Positions 13,200 through 22,737 of a stretch of DNA of 64,000 nucleotides are shown here, in pieces. The notes beneath the pieces are model-generated. The model saw only the letters and a program-made list of their open reading frames with translations. It was not told where the DNA came from and did not search any database. Position 1 is the first letter of the stretch; each line of letters opens with the position of its first letter. The stretch lies in contig OZ116708.1 in assembly GCA_964199315.1 (NCBI GenBank), positions 9,548,001 to 9,612,000 of the forward strand, in the 5' to 3' direction. The stretch is from Orbicella franksi. Its lineage: Eukaryota. The translations under genes were made by a program, and so were the position numbers.

Positions 13200-13414
13200 G
13201 GTGTCTGGAGCGATTGCCGTTGACATTCCGATGACATTGCGATCGACTTGTTTCCGGTTTAGTTTCCCGCCAAAATGTGCGCTGCCCAGGCTCTTTCGCA
13301 TTTGGCGCTCACGGGCAAGATGGCGGTTTTCTTCCAAATTGTTCTTTCACAAAGCAAAATGTTGAGCTGTGGAACTGGGACTACAGGTGCACTAATCCAC
13401 AATGTTAGCACCAG
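13200..13414 (+). promoter_or_regulatory. Candidate promoter and first exon
   Basis: CpG-containing stretch with TTTCCGG, TTTCCCGCC (E2F-like) and AAGATGGCG (YY1-like/start context) motifs. ORF from ATG 13275 or 13320 ends at a consensus donor CCAG|GTATGT (13415). The downstream exon partner is unresolved. Confidence 0.4.
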
Positions 13415-13559
13415 GTATGTTACCTTTCACCGAGTCACTGACAGGAAGTTGAATTAATTACACTGTATTCGGATAACTTACAGCGATCGTTTCTCGAGTG
13501 CTCTCGATTTTTTCGTGTGAAGTGACGCCGGCTTTTCGTTTTGCCTTCTTCTGGACGTT

Positions 13560-14125
13560 ATAGATCGTTTTCACGTGACGTCAACACTTTCTAAAGTCCA
13601 AAACTAAAAAGCCACCAAAGTTTTTATCCTCATCAGGTATAAGAGGCTGTGTATTTATATCTGTTTACAATTGCACAGCTGAATAGCGTGCTTCGTTTGG
13701 AAACCAGAGCATTTTGAATTTCAGTTTTATGGAGTTCGTGACACAAGGCCACGATCGAGTTTGTTGAAATATATGCTTATCTCATGATTTTGAGCCTTTT
13801 TAGAAGTTAGTGCATTAGGAAAAATGCTTATGTGAATGCTTTTTTGTTCAATACTGATAGTTAGTCGCCTAGATAGCCAAAGCAAGTTCCAGATGTTTAC
13901 ACTGTTTTCCGCGGATGTACAGCAACATGGCGTTTCCATACAGGGCTCTGTAAATTTTTGCGAAACATTTCGACGAATATCTGAAGTTTGGGGCCTAAAA
14001 CAGGCCTAAAACTTGGAGAAGTGTGTTATTTAGTTATCTTTTATACCATCACAATTTCTTAGCTTTTTCCACTGGATGGTTTTCGATTTATTTTTTTTTA
14101 TTGCGTGACCATGAAAACGATCTAT
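13560..14125. mobile_element. Non-autonomous element with 14-bp TIR
   Basis: ATAGATCGTTTTCA ... TGAAAACGATCTAT. Confidence 0.6.
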
Positions 14126-14758
14126 TGAAACGAAACTGAAGCTCGAACGCGCTGACTCAAGCCTCGGTACAATTTTTTTTTTTTTTTTTAACTGCATTTG
14201 TTTTAGATTTGTGAAATTTATCTTACCAGTTCAATCCTTGGTCATTCGAAAATTTTAACTAAGCTAAGCTTTTTCAAGTTGTTAAAATATTTTTTTGCAA
14301 GCCCACTGCAGACCACAGACAACAATTCTTTTTACCCATTTATTGTGAAGTTGCTCCGATTTTAAAATAAAATTTAAGGGCATTGGAATTTAAACTTAAC
14401 AGGCCGGCCAGGCTCTATATATCAATATTCTACCATGGCTTTTAGGCTTTGGTCACAATGACTTGATTCTAGATTTGATTCCAATCTTCAGTCTGGTATC
14501 TGACTGCACTTATGGAAATTGAAATATGATTTTATTAGAACTGATAAGTTAATTAAAACAAAAATTGTTTTGGACACTAAATTTATTGATGTCTAGGTTA
14601 GGTAACATGCGACTGGTCTGGATGTTTGTCCAGCCACAGTAGGGTAACGTTTTGGGTGTGCATAAATTTGTTGGTATGTATAGCTCAGAGCACTAGGGTT
14701 ACCCCATGAACCTCCTTGAAAACTAGGCCTAGGAAAAAGTCTTTATAGTGTGATTTAA

Positions 14759-15078
14759 AGATGATTTCCAGTCCGTACTGCACAGTCTCAGCACCATAAT
14801 GTCTATAAACATTATAAGTTCTCACTTGATGGAATGCGAATCGATATTATTTGTTACAAACCACATACCTTATCATACAGCTGCAAAGTTGATTCATAAA
14901 GTGATACGAGAAAGAACGAAGCATAAAGCTTTGCATCGATAATGGCAGTTGACATGAAACTTTGAATTTACTTCATCTAAGCAGTTGCAAAATGTTCACA
15001 TTTTGTTGTCTTACGTGACACAAAACAAAAAACGAAAACAAACTCTTGAGAGTGCGCAGTACGGACTAGAAATCATCT
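14759..15078. mobile_element. Kolobok-type MITE
   Basis: TTAA-AGATGATTTCCAGTCCGTACTGCAC ... GTGCGCAGTACGGACTAGAAATCATCT-TTAA, i.e. TTAA TSD with AG..CT ends. Confidence 0.75.
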
Positions 15079-16072
15079 TTAAAATAGCTGAATTGTTTCA
15101 TCTTAATGATGACCAACATGCTTTCATTAAACCATTATTACTTATTTATTCCTGAATCAAAAGTGAATGAATGGTTTTTGAAATGTATAATGTTCTTAAA
15201 TGTTGTTCTTGTCCCAAAGTTGAAAATTATTGTTCTCACCGAGTTAAGAGCAGTTGCAGTACAAGGGTGAATCCTTTGATTACATTTGGATTACAAGATT
15301 ACAATTACAAGATCACTCACATCATAGTTCATCAAAGGAACTGATGAATCTGTGATCAGGGTATATTCATTGGTTCCTTTGATGTACCAATTGAACTGAG
15401 GGATCTTGGATCACTGATCCTGATCCAGATCACTCCAAAGAAATGCAGCCTAAGTCAGAACTATTCCTCAGGAATGAGCTAAAGTTTGTTGGGATTAGTC
15501 TCGTGATAAGAGCATGATTCACATTTGACACAGTTGGGCAATTTTAGTTACGGAAAGAATTAAGGAGCAAGGTTGATGCCAGCAACCCCGTGAGTGTTCT
15601 CCCTTTCAGTCCCTCCTAAAGTTCATCTATAAATCAAAGAATACAAGTTACAAACACTGAATGTATTTTCAAGGAATGAACTGGGTGCTAAAAATATTGA
15701 TTCATATGCATTGCTGGCTGCGATGTTGAAATGAAGGAAGGGATTAGTTTGATTCAATTTCAATTTCTTTGATACTTTTACCATTAACTGGAACTGGCTT
15801 ATATGCCAATAACATACCATGTTCTAATACCCCATCTTGGGGTACCTTAAATGAGACTGCTAACCGTGAAGGTTTGCTCATTTCACGTGAGTTATAAGTT
15901 TACACAGATCTGAATGTTCTTCCAAGGAGTGGACTGAATACTAAAAATATTGAGTAATATGCATTGCTGGCTATGAAGCTGGTGAAGGAAAAGATTTCTT
16001 GTAGTTTTATTTTAAAATTACTTTAAAATTCTTACTGTTAACAAGATTACCTACTTATCTTCCTTTCCATAG

Positions 16073-16258
16073 GGAATTCTCTACCATCAAGAAATCCCAA
16101 GGTGGCAAATATTTCTCCTGGGTTTCCTTCAGACTCTATCAAGCACAGAGCTGAGGGGACTACAGATGATTTTACTGGAACTGGCTCATATGCCAATGAC
16201 AAACCATCTTCTAATACCCCATCTTGGGGTACTCTTAATGGGATTGCCAACCGCAAAG
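16073..16258 (+). CDS. Acid-rich membrane protein, 62-aa repeat exon 1
   Basis: tttccatag acceptor and AAAG|GT donor. 186 nt, phase 1-1, open frame. Confidence 0.6.
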
Positions 16259-16444
16259 GTTTGTTCATTTCATGTCAGTTATAACTTCCAAGGAATGGAC
16301 TGGATACTAAAAACATTGATTAATTATACATGTGTGTATTACTGGTTGTGATGTTGATGAAGGAAGGGATTAGTTTGGTTCGATTACTTTGATATTCTTA
16401 CTGTTAACACAAATAACTACTTATAATGTATTTTGTTTCCCTAG

Positions 16445-16630
16445 GGAAATCTATACCATCAAGAAATCCCGAGGTGGCATATATTTCTTCTGAGTTTGCT
16501 TCAGACTCTGTCAAGCACAGAACTGAGGGGACTACAGATGATTTTACTGGAACTGGCTCATATACCAATGACAAACCGTCTTCTAATACCCCAGCTTGGG
16601 GTACTCTTAATTGGATTGCCAACCGCAAAG
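16445..16630 (+). CDS. Acid-rich membrane protein, 62-aa repeat exon 2
   Basis: tttccctag acceptor and AAAG|GT donor. 186 nt, phase 1-1, open frame. Confidence 0.6.
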
Positions 16631-16812
16631 GTTTGTTCATGTCATGTGAGTTATGACTTTCAAAGAATGGACTGGATACTAAATGCACTGATTAATATGC
16701 ATTGCTGCTTGTGATGTTGATGAAGGATGGGATTAGTTTGGTTCGATTACTTTGATACTCTTACTGTTAACACAAATAACTACTTACAGTATACTGTATT
16801 TTGTTTCCCTAG

Positions 16813-16998
16813 GGAAATCTATACCATCAAGAAATCCCAAGGTGGCAAACATTTCTCCTGGGTTTGCTTCAGACTTTGTTAAATACAGGCCTGAGGGGAC
16901 CACAGATGATTTTACTGGAACTGGCTCATATGCCAATGACAAACCGTCTTCTAATACCCCATCCAGGGGTACCCTAAATGGGATTGCCAACAACAAAG
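16813..16998 (+). CDS. Acid-rich membrane protein, 62-aa repeat exon 3
   Basis: Same splice sites as the other copies. 186 nt, open frame. Confidence 0.6.
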
Positions 16999-17176
16999 GT
17001 TTGTTCAGTTCATGTGAGTTATAACTTCCAAGGAATGGACTGGATACTAAAAACATTGATTAATATGCATTGCTGGTTGTGATGTTGATGAAGGAGGGGA
17101 TTAGTTTGGTTCAATTACTTTGATGCTCTTACTGTTAACACAAATACATGTACCTACCTATATTTTGTTTCCCTAG

Positions 17177-17362
17177 GGAAATCTATACCATCAAGAAATC
17201 CCAAGGTGGCAAATATTTCTCCTGGGTTTGCTTCAGACTCTGTTAAACACAGGCCTGAGGTGACCACAGACGATTTTACTGGAACTGGCTTGTATGCCAA
17301 TGACAAACCATCTTCTAATACCCCATCCAGGGGTACCCTAAATGGGATTGCCAACCACAAAG
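17177..17362 (+). CDS. Acid-rich membrane protein, 62-aa repeat exon 4
   Basis: Same splice sites as the other copies. 186 nt, open frame. Confidence 0.6.
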
Positions 17363-17427
17363 GTTTGTTCATTTCATGTGAGTTATAGATGTAACTTCCC
17401 AGGAATGGACTGGATACTAAAAATATT

Positions 17428-20390
17428 TAACAATTATTCGCCAAAGGCGAAGTGAATATTCACCAATGTTCACTGAGCCTGAGGCGAATAATTGTTTTAG
17501 TATAATTTTCAGAGGTGAATATCAAGGATTACAAAATAACGGACTAAACCATAAAAACACAGACGCAATTGTTTGTGTGCATACATGTATGCAGCCGTAG
17601 TTTTAATAAAGGTTACATGGACATCGATTGTGAATAAATTTACTCATCGAGTTTGGCAGTAAAACAAACGAGCGAAACACTACAAAAAATAAATTCATTT
17701 CGTACCTTTGTTTTATCGTTGTTGACTTCATTCGCAGTTGTCATCATCGCCTAAGAATGGGGAGCTTTAGTTTGTAGAAAAATAAATTTCAGCCAATCGA
17801 TCTGACCTGCTGGGGATCGACGTAACCATTGCGTTTACAATTCTTAAAAGCTTTAAATACAGGTTCTTGAAAAGATTTTTCGTCCAAGGGCGACAGCAGT
17901 CATTTTGAAAATTTCCATCCTTTCAAATATCCTGGACTTCGAGTGATGTCTTTTGAATAAATGAAAACTTCATTCAGCAACTGTCCACCATGTTTACTTG
18001 CCGAATGAGAAAAACGATAACGAAACCAATATAAGGAAAATATATTAAATTACAATGGATGATAAAATACTAAAATTTATTAAATACTAAAATTCATCAT
18101 AAGATACTAAAATTCATTATAGAAATACTAAAGATCAGAATTAAACAAAAACGTTTTAAGCTTAGTTTTAAACGTATCCACTGATGGGGCACTTCTCACA
18201 TCAAGTGGGAGGCTATTCCACAGTGCTGGCGCACAAGAGGAAAAAGTGCGTCCCCCGTAGGTCTTTGTCCTAAACACCGGTATGTGCAGTCGCAGGTGAT
18301 CATTATTTGAACGAAGACACCTTATCGGTTGACGAAGATTAATAAGTTCCGCCAAGTAACAGGGTGCTAAACCGTTTAAAATTTTGTAAGTAAAAAGTAA
18401 AATCTTAACAACAAGTGGGAAATCACATGACATGCGCGCCGTTTGTAAAATTAGTTGAATGAAAAATTTGAAAGCGAAGCAAGTGAATTTGCTCAATGAA
18501 ATTACAATCAAGTAGAATTCAAGGAACGTCTATCAAATTAACGAGATATAACCTTGGTCAGAAAGTTTGAAAAGCGATCAAGTTCGAGTCATGGAGAGGA
18601 GCCGAATAATTGTGCACTACAAAAACAACAACAACAGCAACCATTTATTTGTACTCACAATTTATAAAATAATTACAATAAACATTAAATTAGTATAGAG
18701 TACTGCCTGGCCAAAATAACCATAAGGGCTAAAAAGAATGTACTTGTAAAATTAGTTGCACATTGCCGTTGTAATAATGCTGCGGAAAACTTTGATCGCC
18801 ATGTGATACAAACGTTGTGCCAAAATTATTCTCGACAAGACCGCTTTCAGGATTCCCTTGCTTTGAAAGCCTTGGCATTTCGAGCTGTATGTTGTTGGCC
18901 AGATTCAGAGTCAGGGACAGAAACTATCTTAGCGTCAGATTCATCTTCGAGCTTCAGAATCTCCGAGGCCTACTTCGGTTCAGCTCAAAACACTCAACTC
19001 CTGGAGGTGTTTTTTGCAAGGACACAATTGTTGGCGTTAGGTGTTGTTCATTCTCCCGTCCTCGTTGGCCAAAAAAGAGCCCGAGATAAAACTGGGGTCG
19101 TGCTCTGTAGCCGTGCTGAATTTTTGCTCTCGGCCGGTCCGAGCTCGCTTAAGTCGAACAGTTTCCTCGTCTGCTCATTTGAAATTGGTTTCTTATGGAC
19201 TACGCCGGCAATGATGCCTGTTTTCCTGAGGCCTTTTACAAATGCTGTAATAATTTATTTGCCTGGTCAGAGGTAACTAGAAAACGGTTTGTTGTGCGGC
19301 GGCTTTCGAAGGAAATTGTCAATGGCGGCTCTAATGGATTTCGCAATACGTGCCATCTTTCTTCCTCGCAGACGTGTAAAAACACTTCAGACAAACATTC
19401 AGTTCTTCCTTTGACATTTCTTACATCGGTTTCGAAATTTGGTGCCACCAGGACTAGCAAGCCATTCTGTTAAGGTAAACATTGTTTTTGTTACATAATC
19501 TTCATGAATGCGAAAATCTCGACGGTCAGATTTCAATTTTGCAACTTTTAAAGGAAACTTAACGTATACGTACCGTTAAATAATCTTATCTCGAATTTTG
19601 TGGCTTTTTTGCTTTTACTGGGACGGCATTGTCCATAATTTCCTGTATTTCTTCTGTAGATAGCTCACCGAGTCTGCTTTTTTTCATCCATTTTTTTGTC
19701 GACGAAACTTGGGTTCCCGCAAAAAGGTTTATGCCTACCGACATTTACCGCATTCGTTTCCATATAAGGACAAACGCAGGTATAATGGCTGGTAACCGAG
19801 ATCCCGTGAACCAATCAGAAAGCTAGAGTTGCATTATCCGAGGTTGAGAATTTAATAAAACGTCATATGATGAGATTTGCGACCATTCAGCTTGTCCAAT
19901 TCTTATATTCACCCCTGGAAATTATACTAATTAATCTAACTAATCGAGATTTTTATGTGGTGATAGTTGATGAGGCCAAATGCCGAATCAACTATCACCT
20001 CATAGAAATCGAGAGCGAATAATCTACTTGTTTCAGTAGAATTCTTATTAAAATTTACTTCAAATAACGGTTTCCAATTATTTCTTAACATATTATTAAA
20101 CTTTGCACCTGAAAAAGATCGCTCGCATTGAATCGTCATTTAAATTGAAGTTGTGCGTGCACGCACAACAGTTTTTTCAATAATTTCAGCTTTTTTAAAA
20201 GTCAAGAAACCCTAAATGTCTTTTGTTTAGACTTCTCAGGAATTTAATTATCCATTTGCATCAAAATTTTCCTGCAAAACTTTGGAAAAACGAAAAAAAA
20301 AACGTTGCCATTTCCTAGACGACCTCAATTCACGATAATGGCTGACAGTGTTCAATGGCTCAACCAATCAGATTACAGCATTTGCGTAAT
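17428..20390 (-). mobile_element. About 3-kb insertion carrying a decayed Crypton-like (DUF3504/tyrosine-recombinase-related) element
   Basis: Splits the repeated intron between ...aaaaatatt and gattaata... Minus-strand fragments translate to GELSTEEIQEIMDNAVPVK (about 19615-19670), FVKGLRKTG..VHKKPIS..LGPAESKNSARLQ, FYLGLFFGQRGRENEQHL (about 19030-19092) and EDESDAKI, with frameshifts. These motifs were recognised from memory, not by database search. Confidence 0.65.
18128..18410 (-). mobile_element. 3' fragment of an L2/Crack-type LINE ORF2 nested in the insertion
   Basis: KILLFTYKILNGLAPCYLAELI...LRS...YGGRTFSSCAPALWNSLPLDVRSAPSVDTFKTKLKTFLF is a typical LINE ORF2 C-terminus. Confidence 0.85.
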
Positions 20391-20504
20391 GATTAATATA
20401 CATTGCTGGTTGTGATGTAGATGAAGGAAGGGATTAGTTTGGTTCAGTTACTTTGATACTCTTGCTGTTAATACAAATACTTACTTATATTTTGTTTCCC
20501 CTAG

Positions 20505-20681
20505 GGAAATCTATACCATCAAGAAATCCCGAGGTGGCAAATATTTCTCCTGGGTTTGCTTCAGACTCTGTTAAACACAGGCCTGAGGTAACCACAGATG
20601 ATTTTACTGGAACTGGCTCATATGCCAATGACAAACCGGGGTATTCTTGGGGTATTCAAAAACGGATTGCCAACCACAAAG
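20505..20681 (+). CDS. Acid-rich membrane protein, repeat exon 5 (59 aa)
   Basis: Same splice sites. 177 nt because of a 9-nt in-frame deletion; frame is open. Confidence 0.6.
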
Positions 20682-20850
20682 GTTTGTTCATTTCATGTGA
20701 GTTATAACTTCCAAGGAATGAACTAAAAATATTGATTAATATGCATTACTGGTTGTGATGTTGATAAAGGAAGGGATTAGTTTGGTTCAAATACTTTCAT
20801 TGATACTCTCACTGTTAATACAAATACTTACTTATATTTTGTTTCCCTAG

Positions 20851-21401
20851 GGAAATCTATACGATCAAGAAATCCTGAGGTGGCAAATATTTCTCCTGGG
20901 TTTGCTTCAGACTCTGTTAAACACAGGCCTGAGGAGACCAAAGATGATTTTACTGGAACTGGTTCACATGCCAGTGGAAAACAACCTTCTAATACCCCAT
21001 CTTGGGCGACCCGAAAGGGGATTGTCAACAGCAAAGAGCTGTTCATTTCAAGTGAATTGAACAAACTGCTTAAGCTTAAGCACATCCATTTGGGAAAACA
21101 TCTTTCCAAGAAAGTTGCACATCTCCTGAAATCAAGACCAAGGCTACTGGCGTCTTTTAATAAGGAACTAAAGGATGCCAGCTATCATTCTTCTAAAGTG
21201 AGAGATGCTCAGTTACATGGACTACCAAAGTCTATGCATGGGACAACCATGAATTCAAACAAACAGGGTCCAGAGATGGATGACCAAGTGATTAACAGTT
21301 TTGCTGACTTGACGAATGCTGGCACTGTGGCTCGCGAACCTTCTGGATCTGATAACCCTGAAGCAAATCTGGCCCATGAGAGGCATGAACCACACCATAA
21401 G
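20851..21401 (+). CDS. Acid-rich membrane protein, repeat copy 6 reading through into the first basic block (ELFISSELNKLLKLKHIHLGKHLSKKVAHLLKSRP...)
   Basis: Acceptor ttccctag at 20850. The donor is lost in this copy (AAAGAG) and the ORF continues. A putative phase-0 donor CATAAG|gtacct at 21402 matches the phase-0 acceptor at 22737, but this donor is weak. Confidence 0.6.
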
Positions 21402-21548
21402 GTACCTGATCAAGACATAAATGTCCATTCACCCTCTGATATTGAGTTTGGCCTTAATGAAGCTTAACATAAGTTATCTTAACCAATAGCATAAATGCAT
21501 TGAAATTCATCCCCTGATACTGAATTAACCTAAACATAAGTCACCTTA

Positions 21549-22246
21549 GGTAAAAAAGGAAAGGAATTAAATGGTTGTCACTGGCTAAAAATATGGTTAT
21601 CGGACGTTTCGGCCACTACTGTTGCCTTCTTCAGCAAAAGATGGAAAATGCAAATGTTAAACGGCGTCCTGCTAGAATATGTAATAGATGTGTGGTAAAA
21701 CTAAATGAGCAATAGTCTCTAGAGTATTCTTAATGAGTGTAAAAACTCTGAATGCCATTGTACACGTTCGGTAGCGCTATGTGTTCGTTTATAGCGTTCC
21801 TATCTCGCACGGAATGCCAAGCTTCAAGAATTAGTCTTTGTTTCCATACTGATGATCTGTCGACAATTTCAACGTTCTCCAAATCTATTTGGTGACCGTT
21901 GAGCATATGGTGTTTGGCCAATAAAGAGTTTTTGTCCAATGTTGCTATAGCCTTTGCGTGTTCTTTCATACGTGTTTTTAACGCGCGTGATGACTGACCA
22001 ACATAAACACAGTCACAATCTTTACATTTGATCTTGTAAACAATGCCTCTGGAAGCACTCATTAAGAATACTCTAGAGACTATTGCTCATTTAGTTTTAT
22101 CACACATCCATTACATATTCTAGCAGGACGCCGTTTAACATTTGCATTTTCCATCTTTTGCTGAAGAAGGCAACAGTAGTGGCCGAAACGTTCGATAACC
22201 ATATTTTTAGCCAGTGACAACCATTTAATTCCTTTCCTTTTTTACC
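21549..22246 (-). mobile_element. 5'-truncated Penelope-like element: GIY-YIG endonuclease fragment flanked by inverted 191-bp pseudo-LTRs
   Basis: ORF 21730-22062 (GIVYKIKCKDCDCVYVGQSSR.LKTRMKEH...LILEAWH). 21549-21739 is the near-exact reverse complement of 22056-22246. Confidence 0.9.
21603..21634 (-). ncRNA. Minimal hammerhead-ribozyme-like motif in the Penelope pLTR (second copy at 22161-22192, +)
   Basis: CTGAAGA-A-GGC-AACAGTAGTG-GCC-GAAA-C-GTC: core CUGANGA and GAAA, 3-bp stem II, palindromic ACGT stem III and a GUC triplet. Stem I is weak. Confidence 0.55.
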
Positions 22247-22737
22247 AATTTTTAACATGCCTGGCTACACACCGAACATTTATAAGTCACCTTAATCAGT
22301 AAATTTATATGCATGTATTCACCCCTGGGGGTAGCGGTGTTACTTTTTGCTTGGCATGTACCACTGGCCTCTCGGAACCCCTGCCCCATTATAGTCTATT
22401 TTGTGGCCTGTGAGTTATAAACCCCATCTTAGTCACTTTTGGGCAAACGTAATTCTTCCGATCTTAACCTAGTCCTATTCTGTCTATGCATCTACAGGTT
22501 CCCTGTAAAGCGTTTAAAGTTCAAATGAACCAAAATTTAGACATTTTTTTGATTTGAGTTCAATGTGTTTACTAAGTATGAAATAAACATATTCTGAAGT
22601 TTCAAACAAATTGGACGAATCATTGCGGAGAAATCGGAATGTTAAAATCATTGTTTTTTATCCTTCATATCATAGAACCTGGGCTCTTTACGTAAATATT
22701 GCCACTATTGTTATATTGTGAGTTTTTACTGTTATAG

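Larger units (their letters stand above)
15680..21050 (+). repeat. Tandem intron+exon array (about 360-372-bp period): one truncated copy, five full copies and one read-through copy
   Basis: Repeated unit ggaatggactggatactaaaa...gtttccctag|GGAAATCTATACC...GCCAACCGCAAAG|gtttgttcatttcatgtgagttataa at 16073, 16445, 16813, 17177, 20505 and 20851. A partial copy at about 15787-15871 lacks its acceptor. Confidence 0.9.

Noticed and set aside
14590-14680. Possible second exon (tctag ... TTGTTG|gtatgt)
   Set aside because: The frame compatible with the phase-2 donor at 13415 contains a stop, so no consistent coding model can be built. It could still be UTR.
18803-19473. Plus-strand ORFs of 157, 90 and 92 aa
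   Set aside because: They are antisense to the frameshifted Crypton-like coding remnants on the minus strand.
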